Source of the DNA: an uncultured Candidatus Saccharibacteria bacterium
Lineage (GTDB): Bacteria; Patescibacteriota; Minisyncoccia; Phycocordibacterales; UBA2100
Direction: 5' to 3'
Length of the DNA: 64,000 bases
Assembly (NCBI GenBank): GCA_964350885.1
Contig: CAYGKV010000005.1
Coordinates: forward strand, 1,305 to 65,304
In this document: positions 7,570 to 16,708 of the stretch, piece by piece
How the letters are laid out: each line of letters begins with the position of its first letter
How positions within the stretch are numbered: the first letter of the stretch is position 1
Made by a program: the position numbers and the translations under genes
Notes under the pieces: model-generated
What the model was told of the DNA's origin: nothing
Databases searched by the model: none
Seen by the model: the letters and a program-made list of their open reading frames with translations, nothing else

Positions 7570-9981
7570 TTAGTGGTTAATGAGCCAATTAATGTCGGCT
7601 ACGAGCAGCTGGTAGCCTTGCGGAGTAATGACTCCGATATTCTTTCCGAATTTGAGAGCTTCAAGCATGAGCCTATATGCACGTATTCTATCACTCTGTT
7701 TCTTCAGCTTGGAGGCAGCTGTGAGCATCGAGGTGAGGATATTTTTAGTGTCCTTAGACTTTATCCATCCCAGGGCGAATGCTCGGTTGATGTCGCTCTG
7801 GGTGCTCGCAACTGTCGCGATTACTTGAACGATTCGGCCTGAGGTTGTGGCGTTGTTAACGAGATCCTCTGCGTATGCGGTAATTGTGTGATTACCAAGC
7901 GTTTGGAAGAAGAGGTCGATGGTCGAGCTCGCAGCGACCTGAGCCGTTTCGAATACAACACTTGAAGACGCGACTCCCGTATCGTCAGCGAACTCGACCT
8001 CGACCGGAAGCAGATCCGCATGTGTGTATGTAGATGTGGCGGGCTGCGCGAACGTAATCGTGGGCGGGGTTTGGTCTGCAGGTGTTATGGTCGTTTTGCT
8101 CGGGTTTGTGGGGTCGATATTTACGTCGTGTTCCGTAATGAGGCCGGGGAGTGTGAGGCCCGTGAAGAATGTATCACTCGATGTTGCGTCGCCGATAATG
8201 CTCGTTGCGAGGGTGTATTCTCCGCCACCCCCAGTGCCTTGTGTGATGACCTTGTATTCGCCGTCTTTCGGATTGGGGATAGTCACGTATTCATCGTCCG
8301 TTCCGTAGCCCGAATAGAACGCGTCGGGGATCTCTTGAAATTCTTGGCCCGTGAGGAAATCTTTGCCAACCCTAAGACCGTCGGGGTCTACAACGACAAT
8401 ATCTGCGGGAGAGAGGATTTGGAAGATGAGCACATTTTTTACTATCCCAAATATGCCATGACTATTGTTAACGAGCGTTGCCGCATCGTTGCCGGTAAGT
8501 TTCTTAAATACCTGCCCTTCCGTTTTCGTCGGGAGTTCGTTGTGCTCGAAACCAAAGATTTGTAGGTCACTAGTGACGAATGATGCGGAAGAGAGTGGTA
8601 CAGTGCCATCGCCGATGCCACGTTCCAGCCCTTCGTCGGTCGAGCTGTCGCCGAAATTCTCGGGCATCCCGAACCCCCACAATGTTACGGGACTAATAAC
8701 CGGCGGGGGAACTACACGGATAGCTGTAATTGTTTTGTCGTCGGCTGTCTGTCCAACAAAATTGGAAATTGCTACACCGGAGTCGTAGAGGCCGGCGATA
8801 TTGGTATTCAAATCAGAGAGGAAAAGGTTGTTGGGGTACCATTCTGAATTCGGGAATGATGGGGTCTCGGGTGAGTCCACGTGCTTTATATAGCCATAGA
8901 CCGGGAGCAATTCTTGGACGGACGTGATAGGGATCGCGCGGACATAGTCAAAGAGGTTCGAATATCCATTTTTAAGAGACTCAATAGTTAAGAAAGATTT
9001 AACAACCCTCCCGTTGAAGTCCGTGTCTTCGCTGCCTCCCTCCCACATCAAGTATGCTTTGGGTGCGCCCATGTGCGGCGTACCGAGGAAGATAAGTTTG
9101 CGGACGTCATTATCGTAAAAATTTGATTGAATATATCGTCGCGCAACGAGACCGCCCATAGAGTGAGCGACGATATCTACCTGCGTGCATCCACAGACGG
9201 TCTTTACCTCGTCAATTTTTGCATTTAAGAGCACGGTCGTATCAATGTTGGATTTATGCCAATCGTACGGAAAGGGGAAAAGTGTTGTGCTTGTCGAGTA
9301 ACCGTTGGCAACGAGAGTATCTATCAGGTTGTCGTAGGCATGTGTGATGGGATCAATGAGCCACTCGCCGTTGTGTTGTGCAGATCCAAGGATGCCAGGA
9401 ATGATTATGACAGGAGTAAATGAAGTTGGCGGAGGGGGCGTAAGAGTACAATCGTTTGTGGTGCAGACGGCAAACGCCCAGTCCAAAAGCGTGTTACCTG
9501 AAGAGGCGTTGCTTACAAACAGTATGTTCTGTTGGCCCGGTAATCTCGAGTGTCCCGCTAGTCCATTTGGATAAGAGTCCACCGTCGTACCGCCAAAGTT
9601 CCCGACGTTGTTGTTGCAGTGGGATGTGATGAAGTAGGTTGTGTTGGCGGTGACCGGGAATGATCCTCCCGTAAATCGGTACCCACCGGCGATCTGAGTG
9701 GAGGTGTTGAATGCCGAATACGAGAATGCACCGTTATTGACACTGATACCACAGCTTGTGTCCGCCGTAGCGACTGACAGAACGGTCCCACTCGTCGTCG
9801 CAACGAATGATTGGGTGGGGTAGTTATTGGCGCCAAATGCTTGTTGGTTCACCGACGCTGTGTTGGTCGTTTGCTCGGCAACACGGGTCTCGGCAAATGA
9901 GACCTGTGAACAAAGCAGGATGATTCCCGCAGTGACAACTGCGGCAACTTGGAAAACAGTCCGTGACCCGAAGGGCCTCAT
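7570..9981 (-). CDS. secreted alpha/beta-hydrolase lipase/esterase (PGAP1 / LCAT-like) with C-terminal beta-rich (Ig-like) region
   Basis: N-terminal signal peptide (AAVVTAGIILLCSQVSFA). IIIPGILGS...VDIVAHSMGGLVARRYI is a GxSxG nucleophile elbow in a PGAP1-like context. Long Thr/Ser-rich beta regions follow. Confidence 0.7.
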   Translation of the reverse strand: MRPFGSRTVFQVAAVVTAGIILLCSQVSFAETRVAEQTTNTASVNQQAFGANNYPTQSFVATTSGTVLSVATADTSCGISVNNGAFSYSAFNTSTQIAGGYRFTGGSFPVTANTTYFITSHCNNNVGNFGGTTVDSYPNGLAGHSRLPGQQNILFVSNASSGNTLLDWAFAVCTTNDCTLTPPPPTSFTPVIIIPGILGSAQHNGEWLIDPITHAYDNLIDTLVANGYSTSTTLFPFPYDWHKSNIDTTVLLNAKIDEVKTVCGCTQVDIVAHSMGGLVARRYIQSNFYDNDVRKLIFLGTPHMGAPKAYLMWEGGSEDTDFNGRVVKSFLTIESLKNGYSNLFDYVRAIPITSVQELLPVYGYIKHVDSPETPSFPNSEWYPNNLFLSDLNTNIAGLYDSGVAISNFVGQTADDKTITAIRVVPPPVISPVTLWGFGMPENFGDSSTDEGLERGIGDGTVPLSSASFVTSDLQIFGFEHNELPTKTEGQVFKKLTGNDAATLVNNSHGIFGIVKNVLIFQILSPADIVVVDPDGLRVGKDFLTGQEFQEIPDAFYSGYGTDDEYVTIPNPKDGEYKVITQGTGGGGEYTLATSIIGDATSSDTFFTGLTLPGLITEHDVNIDPTNPSKTTITPADQTPPTITFAQPATSTYTHADLLPVEVEFADDTGVASSSVVFETAQVAASSTIDLFFQTLGNHTITAYAEDLVNNATTSGRIVQVIATVASTQSDINRAFALGWIKSKDTKNILTSMLTAASKLKKQSDRIRAYRLMLEALKFGKNIGVITPQGYQLLVADINWLINH

Positions 9982-10038
9982 GCGGCATGTATACCATGGA
10001 CCAAATGCTTATTTTGCAGCCCTGTGGATTGCGGGTTT

Positions 10039-12009
10039 TTAGAACAAAGAGGTGAAGAAGGAGGTAACGGCGTGCCAAATCTTGCCGAGGAAACTTTCGC
10101 TGGGCACGGATGCGGATGCGGTTTGAGAAGGAGTTGAGGTCGAGGCTGCGGGTATAGGTGGCGTAACCTCGGGGACTTTTTTCGCCACCAGCGCAGGCGC
10201 TTTCTTCGCCACAGGTTTTGGAGTGGGTTTTATTTCTTGAGCAACGGTGGTGCTCGCTACGACGGTTTCAGAGGTTGATGTCGCAACCAGTGGCGTTGAA
10301 GTTGCTGTTATGGGTGTCGAAGTGGCAGCTGTTGGTGTCGTTGTCGCGGTTGATGTCGATACCCCAAGAATAGCTCCGCCACTGTTTGTCGTGTTTACGG
10401 GCTTAGGGAATGATTGAAGGAGCGAGGTCCATGTGCGGCCGAGAGATGCGGGGATTGCATATTCCGTCGCCCATATGCGTGTTTGCATGTCGCTTGTTGT
10501 AGGCTCGAGACCTCCATCAGGCTGTTGGAGATTTGCGAGGTAGTCGACAGGATTCAATCCGTTCGGTGCCCAGTTGGATGGCGATTGTCCGAGCGCGGCG
10601 ATGGCCTGCAGCGCCCAGCTTGTAGAGAAGCTATTTCCCCAGCCGCCATTCGATTGTTGCTGTGAGCGCAAGTAATTTTCTGCTTTTGTCAGTGCAGTCG
10701 AGACATTCGATAGAGATGGGACGAGTGTAAGTGCTTGTATTGCGGCGGCAGTCATGTCAACGCCACCAATCCACGAGCCGTTGCTCAGTTGCCGCGAAAT
10801 GATGAACGCGACCGTTTTCTGGATAATGTCGTCGTTCGCACCGTATCCGGCGTGGAGAAGCGGGAAGAGTGCGAAGATATCATCATTCTCAAAATCAATA
10901 CTCCCGATCTGTGTGCCGTCGAATGCGGCGATGATAGGAGCGATGTAGTTTGTTTGTGTACCAGAATACGGATTGATGCCGAGGGCCATGAGCGCCATCG
11001 CGTGCCGTTCGTAGTCCGTAACGCTTGAAAGCGAAGGCGATGCTGCGAGGAGGTAGTCGCGAAGCAACGTCTTCGGTGTTCCAGGATCGGATGCAGCAAA
11101 CGCGAGTGCTGCCCAGTCAGTGAGGAACAGGGAGTCAAATGAACCGTCGGGTTTTTGTTTACTTGCGAGGTATGCAAGAGCAGATGGAGTGTTGAGTAGT
11201 ATGTGCGAGATTCCTCCACCGCCTCCGCTCGACGGTGTTGGCGCGGGCGTCTCGGGGGTTGTGGTAGCGGGAGCGTCTACGATGGTGATGGATGCGGATG
11301 GGAAATAGAAATCCTCCTGAATCCCGACCGCGAAGGTCCCTGTCGCATTCATCGTAAATATTGCCTGACCATTTGTATCTGATGTTGACGTCGCGAATTC
11401 GGTAAATGAAAAGTCCGGATTCGGAATGCCAACACCGAGTGTAAGCCCCGGAGTTCCGACATACGTTCCAGAAGCAAGGTCATAGCTTTGTGCCGTTGCA
11501 GTAAATTGTTCACCTACGATCGCGGTCGATGTCGAAAGCACGGTTTGTTGTGGGGGGCCAAAGAAAAGGTACACAACATCGCCATCGTGCAATATTTGAT
11601 CGTCAACGCCAACCTGAGGAAATGAACCGTTCACCGCGTAGGTCCAGTTGTAGCAATCGGTCGAAGACGTGAGCGGGACTGAAATGCAGTTGATGAGAAA
11701 TGAGTTGAACGAACTGAAATACGCGAGGTCAGTAATGTCGAAGTCAGTTGTTGTGGCATCGAGCGCGACGAGCGTCGCAAGGAGGCTATCGGCGGGGACG
11801 GATACAGTCGACGATGAGTTGGTTGGCGCGATATCAACGGGCGGGGTTGTTGAGGCGGCAATCTCTATCACTCCGGTAAATGCAGTTGTGGAGCCGCTGC
11901 GGATGGTAATTGTTACGGTCGACGTTGCTATTTCCGGTGTTACGTCATCGGCCAGCACCGAAAGAGGGGAAACAAGGAGCAAAAGTGTGAGAATGAATAC
12001 TTTTTTCAT
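10039..12009 (-). CDS. secreted transcobalamin-like protein: signal peptide - DUF4430 - Ig-like - alpha/alpha-toroid (prenyltransferase/squalene-cyclase-like repeats) - Thr/Pro linker - C-terminal hydrophobic anchor
   Basis: Start reassigned to MKKVFILTLLLLVSPLSVLA (ATG at 12009). The N-terminal domain (CYNWTYAVNGSFPQVGVDDQILHDGDVVYLFFG) resembles DUF4430. The central part has QW-type toroid repeats: QQSNGGWGNSFSTSWALQAIAALG, QQPDGGLEP..., SNGSWIGGVDMTAAAIQAL. Then a TPT-rich low-complexity stretch and a hydrophobic C-terminus. Confidence 0.65.
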   Translation of the reverse strand: MKKVFILTLLLLVSPLSVLADDVTPEIATSTVTITIRSGSTTAFTGVIEIAASTTPPVDIAPTNSSSTVSVPADSLLATLVALDATTTDFDITDLAYFSSFNSFLINCISVPLTSSTDCYNWTYAVNGSFPQVGVDDQILHDGDVVYLFFGPPQQTVLSTSTAIVGEQFTATAQSYDLASGTYVGTPGLTLGVGIPNPDFSFTEFATSTSDTNGQAIFTMNATGTFAVGIQEDFYFPSASITIVDAPATTTPETPAPTPSSGGGGGISHILLNTPSALAYLASKQKPDGSFDSLFLTDWAALAFAASDPGTPKTLLRDYLLAASPSLSSVTDYERHAMALMALGINPYSGTQTNYIAPIIAAFDGTQIGSIDFENDDIFALFPLLHAGYGANDDIIQKTVAFIISRQLSNGSWIGGVDMTAAAIQALTLVPSLSNVSTALTKAENYLRSQQQSNGGWGNSFSTSWALQAIAALGQSPSNWAPNGLNPVDYLANLQQPDGGLEPTTSDMQTRIWATEYAIPASLGRTWTSLLQSFPKPVNTTNSGGAILGVSTSTATTTPTAATSTPITATSTPLVATSTSETVVASTTVAQEIKPTPKPVAKKAPALVAKKVPEVTPPIPAASTSTPSQTASASVPSESFLGKIWHAVTSFFTSLF

Positions 12010-12034
12010 AATGCAACGCCTAACGTAATAATGA

Positions 12035-12556
12035 TTAATAACTTTTTTCATACTTCCACTCGATCGTGTCACCCTCGTTGACTACGACCGACGAAATACC
12101 TTTTCCGGATTTGATGCCGTTCATATAAAAGATCCATACATAACCATCTGCCGCTTTCTTTCCACTGATGGATTCTACGAAATATCCCATCCCCGAGTAT
12201 TCGCGCCCGGTGAATGTGAAGTCGGTAGTTGATGCGAGTGTCTGCATTGCCGCTAGTACTGTTGAGCCTGGCGGCGCGTACACACCGTACGATGTACCAG
12301 AAACAGAAAAGATCGCGTTAGGTATTTCGGCAGCAGCTCCCGGAACAGTCGATATGTCCGGCGTGATTTCTGGCGTGTCTGCGGAGTTAGAAACTGCCAC
12401 GGTCGCGACTCGCTCAGTCGGCGCAGAATGTGTAGGGGTTGTCGTAGCGACAACGACAGACCTGCCCGCTGATGACTCGATAAAATATTGCTGGGTGTAA
12501 AACGCGCTTCCCGCAAGGATGACAACAGTGACTATAAGTGCTGAATATTTTTGCAT
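12035..12556 (-). CDS. secreted DUF4430-family protein (transcobalamin beta-domain-like, putative corrinoid-binding)
   Basis: Start reassigned to MQKYSALIVTVVILAGS (ATG at 12556), immediately after the riboswitch terminator. The C-terminal GYFVESISG...GYVWIFYMNGIKSGKGISSVVVNEGDTIEWKYE matches the DUF4430 pattern. Confidence 0.6.
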   Translation of the reverse strand: MQKYSALIVTVVILAGSAFYTQQYFIESSAGRSVVVATTTPTHSAPTERVATVAVSNSADTPEITPDISTVPGAAAEIPNAIFSVSGTSYGVYAPPGSTVLAAMQTLASTTDFTFTGREYSGMGYFVESISGKKAADGYVWIFYMNGIKSGKGISSVVVNEGDTIEWKYEKSY

Positions 12557-12586
12557 AAAATAAAAAGAATCCGCCCAGAGCGGAGA
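12557..12586 (-). terminator. putative intrinsic terminator, expression platform of the cobalamin riboswitch
   Basis: Minus-strand UCCGC-ucugg-GCGGA hairpin followed by UUCUUUUUAUUUUA, immediately 5' of the ATG at 12556. Confidence 0.4.
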
Positions 12587-12589
12587 CCT

Positions 12590-12790
12590 TTCGATCGTGC
12601 GTCGTATGCGACGCGTTCCTGCTCGGGATAACCAGCTGTTTGAAGACCGGACTCTTCCTCGGGACCCTTCGCATTCGCTCAGGACCTTCGGCATTACCGT
12701 TGCGGCACAGTGGAGGAATTCTTGCCCTCCGTAGTTTTAACGAAGGATGAGGCACCTCACTTCCACAAACAACCGTGGACGCGTATTGTA
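12590..12790 (-). ncRNA. cobalamin (AdoCbl) riboswitch
   Basis: Minus-strand sequence GGAAGUGAGGUGCCUCAUCC...ACGGAGGGCAAGAAUUCCUCCACUGUGCCGCAACGGUAAUGCCGAAGGUCCUGAGCG...GAAGGGUCCCGAGGAAGAGUCCGGUC carries the conserved GGUGCC, AGGGAA, AAnUCC and GCCGCAACGGUAA (CCCGCnnCUGUAA-like) elements and a B12-box-like GGAAGAGUCCGG. It lies 5' of DUF4430 / toroid genes, a typical B12-riboswitch regulon. Confidence 0.7.
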
Positions 12791-12812
12791 TTCCTCGCAT
12801 GCATATGCGCAA
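12785..12812 (-). promoter_or_regulatory. candidate sigma70-type promoter for the riboswitch-controlled operon (-35 TTGCGC, 16-nt spacer, -10 TACAAT)
   Basis: Minus strand reads TTGCGCatatgcatgcgaggaaTACAAT just upstream of the riboswitch 5' end. Confidence 0.3.
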
Positions 12813-12868
12813 GGCGGATAGCGTAATGGGAAACGTCTCTCCTAAATGTAAAGTGGTATAGTGGCTCT

Positions 12869-14200
12869 ATGGAAGACTTTCGCGAATCATTTCGGGGAAA
12901 GAAAATCACCGTGCTCGGTCTCGGATTGCTTGGGCGAGGCGTAGGGGACGCTGAGTTTTTGGCGCAGAGTGGCGTGCATGTGTTGGTAACTGACAGAAAA
13001 AGCGAGGCGGAGCTTGCTGAGTCGGTCGCAAAGCTCAAAGGTTATTCCAACATCACATTTCATCTCGGTGGCCATCGGGCGGAAGATTTCACGAATTGCG
13101 ATATGGTCATAAAGGCGGCGGGAGTCCCACTCAATTCTCCAGAGGTCGCTGCGGCGCGTGCCGCAGGCGTGTCGGTAGCGATGTCGACGGCGCTCTTTGC
13201 GCAATACGCAGCAGAAGCGGGCGCAACGGTCGTTGGCGTGACCGGTACCCGGGGCAAATCGACAGTTGCCCACATGATTTTTCACAGCGTTACGCAAGCG
13301 GGGAGGCGCGCACACCTCGGAGGAAATATCAGAGGAAAGTCCACGCTCGCGATGGCGCCTGGAGTTAACAAGGGCGACATCTGCGTACTCGAACTCGACT
13401 CATGGCAATTGCAGGGATTTGGCGATATGAGCATTAGTCCGCATATCGCCGTGTTCACCAACCTCATGCCGGATCACCAGAATTATTATCCCGATATGGA
13501 GACCTACTTTTTCGACAAGGCGCACATCTTCCGGTATCAAAAACAAGGCGATGTGCTCATCGGTGGTGCAGCAATTGCGGATCGAATTCGCGCGTCAAAG
13601 CCGCCCCTTGATCCGATAATCCCCGAACCAATTCCTCGAGATTGGAAATTGCGCATCCTGGGAGAACACAATCGAGAGAATGCGTCGTTCGCCGTTGCGG
13701 CGCTTGCGGCGCTCGGGCTTACTGATGAGGAGATCCAATCGGGTGTCGAATCTTTTGAGGGAGTGGAGGGTCGTCTGCAATTCGTACGCGAAGTGAATGG
13801 GGTGAAGATGTACAACGACAACAACGCGACGACACCTGCAGCGACGATTGCTGCGCTCCGTGCCCTCAATGTGGGATTTACGAAACCCCACATCGTACTC
13901 ATCGTGGGTGGAGCAGATAAGGGTCTCGATGTGACTGAGCTTATCGGAGAGATACAACGCACATGTAAAAGGGTCGTCCTTCTCGCGGGGACTGGAACAA
14001 ATCGTCTCAAGAGAGAATTACCCAACGCGAGTGTGTTCGATAGTCTGAGAGAAGCATGTTCTTCCGCGATAGACGCATCGGAGCCTGGAGACGTGATTCT
14101 TTTCAGTCCCGCGTTTGCTTCTTTCGGAATGTTCAAAAATGAGTACGACCGCAACGATCAGTTTCTGGATATTGTCAGGACGATGGAAGGCGCTGCATAA
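12869..14200 (+). CDS. murD: UDP-N-acetylmuramoyl-L-alanine--D-glutamate ligase
   Basis: KITVLGLGLLGRGVGDAEFLAQSG...VVGVTGTRGKSTVAHMI (Mur ligase P-loop) and MurD-like domain order. Confidence 0.85.
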   Translation: MEDFRESFRGKKITVLGLGLLGRGVGDAEFLAQSGVHVLVTDRKSEAELAESVAKLKGYSNITFHLGGHRAEDFTNCDMVIKAAGVPLNSPEVAAARAAGVSVAMSTALFAQYAAEAGATVVGVTGTRGKSTVAHMIFHSVTQAGRRAHLGGNIRGKSTLAMAPGVNKGDICVLELDSWQLQGFGDMSISPHIAVFTNLMPDHQNYYPDMETYFFDKAHIFRYQKQGDVLIGGAAIADRIRASKPPLDPIIPEPIPRDWKLRILGEHNRENASFAVAALAALGLTDEEIQSGVESFEGVEGRLQFVREVNGVKMYNDNNATTPAATIAALRALNVGFTKPHIVLIVGGADKGLDVTELIGEIQRTCKRVVLLAGTGTNRLKRELPNASVFDSLREACSSAIDASEPGDVILFSPAFASFGMFKNEYDRNDQFLDIVRTMEGAA

Positions 14201-14438
14201 GAGTCGCGATGCCTTTGTGCATCGTCTTTGATGTCTCGGGGTCGCCCTGGAGATCTTTGATGGTTTCTGCAAGTCGCTCATCGATACCGTTGGTGTTGTC
14301 GAAAAGGTACGAGGGGAATTCCTCGAATTGCTCAAAGTACTCTGCAAATACCTTTTTGCGGATCTTGGCGTTCAAGCTCGTGGCGGCAGTCTTTAATTCC
14401 TCAAAATCGAATTTTGGTTTTTTCTGAGGTTTGTCCAT
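14175..14438 (-). CDS. small acidic hypothetical protein (convergent with murD, divergent from murC)
   Basis: ORF of 88-98 aa (ATG at 14438 or 14471) encoding a charged helical peptide. Overlaps the murD 3' end by 26 nt. No similarity recognised. Confidence 0.3.
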   Translation of the reverse strand: MDKPQKKPKFDFEELKTAATSLNAKIRKKVFAEYFEQFEEFPSYLFDNTNGIDERLAETIKDLQGDPETSKTMHKGIATLMQRLPSS

Positions 14439-14494
14439 ATCTGCATTGTAGCCCCTTTCGACCGAGAACAATAGTGGTATGCTCGAAAGGAATT

Positions 14495-15775
14495 ATGATA
14501 CCTTCTCGCGTCTACATGGTCGGCATCGGCGGCATTGGTATGTCGGCGCTTGCGCAATACTTGAAACATACGGGGCACAGAGTGGGCGGATCCGACAGAG
14601 AGGAATCGCCAATGACGACTTTGCTTAGCCAGAGAGGAATTCCTGTTTCCGTTGGTCACGACCAACGCAATATTCCTGCAGATTGCGAGCTCCTCATCTA
14701 TAGCGATGCGATACCGGAGAGTAATGTCGAGCGTGAGCGAGCGAAGGAGATGGGGATACCAGAAATGTCGTATTTCGAGGCGCTCGGTGTCGTGTCTGCG
14801 TCCTCGCGTACCATTGCGGTTGCTGGTACGCATGGGAAAACGACAACAACGGGAATGCTCGCGAAGATTCTTGAGAGGGCGAAAAAGAAGCCGACAGCGA
14901 TCGTCGGATCGGTCGTGCGTGATTTCGACTCCAATTTCCTTGCCGGTAGTCCGGATTTATTTGTCATCGAAGCGTGCGAGTATCGCGACCACATCCTCAA
15001 ACTTTCCCCGGAGATACTTGTTATTACCAATATCGAGCTCGATCACACGGATTACTTTCCGGATCTCGAGGCGCTTCAGGAAACATTCCGTAAAGCGGCA
15101 GCGCGCATACCGACGCATGGGCTTATCATCACGAACCCTACTGATCCAAATATTGCGCCCATCCTAGAGAATGTCACAGCCCGCGTCGTCGATTACACAG
15201 AAGAGTCGGTCCCACGCTTGCATCTTATCGGGGAATTCAATCGTATGAATGCGCGCGCCGCAAAAGCCGCAGCGCGCGCCGCGTTTCCCGATATTTCTGC
15301 TGAGCGCGCGAATGAAGAACTCGCATCATTCCGGGGTTCATGGCGGCGATTTGAATACCACGGCGAGACACCACGCGGTGCCTTGGTCTATGATGACTAC
15401 GCTCATCATCCGACCGCAATAGCAAAGACGATAGAAGCGGCGCGGGAGAGATTCCCCGATAAAAAAATCGTCATTGCATTTCATCCGCATCTCTACAGCC
15501 GCACAAGATCACTCCTCAATGGGTTTGCTGCGGCGCTCGCGAGTGCGGATTTTGCAATTGTTGCTCCCATCTATGCCGCGCGTGAGCCACGTGATCCAGA
15601 AATTTCAAATCACACACTTGCGAGCGCGGCTCAAAAACTCGGAGGGAATGTACAGGCACTCGATTCATTCGACGAAATCCGCGATCGACTGCTCGCAGAA
15701 GCTGACGATTCCCTCATAATTACCATGGGCGCAGGTGATATTTACAAAGTTGCGGAACAGATAGCAGGGGAGTAG
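14495..15775 (+). CDS. murC: UDP-N-acetylmuramate--L-alanine ligase
   Basis: RVYMVGIGGIGMSALAQYLKHTGHRVGGSD...AVAGTHGKTTTTGMLA are canonical MurC N-terminal and P-loop motifs. Internal ATG at 14495 chosen. Confidence 0.85.
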   Translation: MIPSRVYMVGIGGIGMSALAQYLKHTGHRVGGSDREESPMTTLLSQRGIPVSVGHDQRNIPADCELLIYSDAIPESNVERERAKEMGIPEMSYFEALGVVSASSRTIAVAGTHGKTTTTGMLAKILERAKKKPTAIVGSVVRDFDSNFLAGSPDLFVIEACEYRDHILKLSPEILVITNIELDHTDYFPDLEALQETFRKAAARIPTHGLIITNPTDPNIAPILENVTARVVDYTEESVPRLHLIGEFNRMNARAAKAAARAAFPDISAERANEELASFRGSWRRFEYHGETPRGALVYDDYAHHPTAIAKTIEAARERFPDKKIVIAFHPHLYSRTRSLLNGFAAALASADFAIVAPIYAAREPRDPEISNHTLASAAQKLGGNVQALDSFDEIRDRLLAEADDSLIITMGAGDIYKVAEQIAGE

Positions 15776-15785
15776 TGTGGCTTTT

Positions 15786-16457
15786 ATGGGCACACTATCC
15801 GTTGTCGCGACACCGATTGGGAACCTCGGAGACATCACTTTCCGCGGTCTGTGGAATTTGAAAGAGGCCCACGTAATATACGCGGAAGACACTCGCGTTA
15901 TTGCAAAATTGCTTGCCCATTATGGACTTCGTACATCGGTATTTCGCCTTGATGCTGCGACGGAACATGCAAAGGCAAAAGAAATTGCAGAGCGCCTCAC
16001 CAGGGGGGAGCACGTAGCGCTTGTTTCTGATGCGGGGACACCGGGAATTTCTGACCCGGGTGCGCGGCTCATCGCGTATATTCGAGAAAACGTACCGGAA
16101 GCGAAGATAGATGCCATCCCCGGCCCCTCGGCATTGACCGCGATGCTCTCTATTGCGGGAATGACTGCAGATTCGTTTACGTTTCTCGGATTTCTTCCAC
16201 ACAAAAAAGGCCGGCAGACGGCACTGAAGAAGATTGCCGCCTCGGAACATCCCGTCATTCTCTACGAATCTCCGCATAGAATCATCAAGTTGTTATCGGA
16301 AGTGCAGAAATATATTCCTGATGCGCGTGTGACAATCGGTCGCGAATTGACCAAGGTTCACGAAGAAGTGCTCACCGGTACCGCCGCCGAACTCGCCGAA
16401 CGATTGGAAAAAAAGAAGGGGGTTCGGGGTGAGTTTGTTGTCATCGTGGAGCATTAG
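15786..16457 (+). CDS. rsmI: 16S rRNA (cytidine1402-2'-O)-methyltransferase
   Basis: LSVVATPIGNLGDITFRGL...SDAGTPGISDPG...ILYESPHR are tetrapyrrole-methylase-fold RsmI motifs. Confidence 0.85.
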   Translation: MGTLSVVATPIGNLGDITFRGLWNLKEAHVIYAEDTRVIAKLLAHYGLRTSVFRLDAATEHAKAKEIAERLTRGEHVALVSDAGTPGISDPGARLIAYIRENVPEAKIDAIPGPSALTAMLSIAGMTADSFTFLGFLPHKKGRQTALKKIAASEHPVILYESPHRIIKLLSEVQKYIPDARVTIGRELTKVHEEVLTGTAAELAERLEKKKGVRGEFVVIVEH

Positions 16458-16480
16458 GAAAAAATGCTATACTAGCGGGC

Positions 16481-16708
16481 ATGACCGTCGACACATTGCT
16501 AATATTTTCGGGAGCATTCGTCGCGATTTTGCCGTTTTTGGGCTTTCCGCAACGTTGGGACACGGTCCTCTTCTTTCTTGCAGGGATTTTGATCGTTGCG
16601 CTCGGTATTGTCGTGCGTCGGAGTGGTGTATTTTCTGTGCGCCGACGAAAAGAAGAATCATTCTCCGCCACCACACCTGCGCGACATGAAGAAGAGTTGG
16701 CCCAGTAA
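16481..16708 (+). CDS. small 2-TM membrane protein (hypothetical)
   Basis: 75-aa ORF with two hydrophobic helices. Its 3' end overlaps the next gene's start by 23 nt. Confidence 0.3.
   Translation: MTVDTLLIFSGAFVAILPFLGFPQRWDTVLFFLAGILIVALGIVVRRSGVFSVRRRKEESFSATTPARHEEELAQ

Noticed and set aside
8020-8565. ORF-track entries on the + strand inside the lipase gene (8020-8565, 8024-8308, 8465-8788, 9344-9574)
   Set aside because: Antisense shadow ORFs in a high-GC gene. Cys/Arg-rich, no motifs, and fully contained within a well-supported minus-strand CDS.
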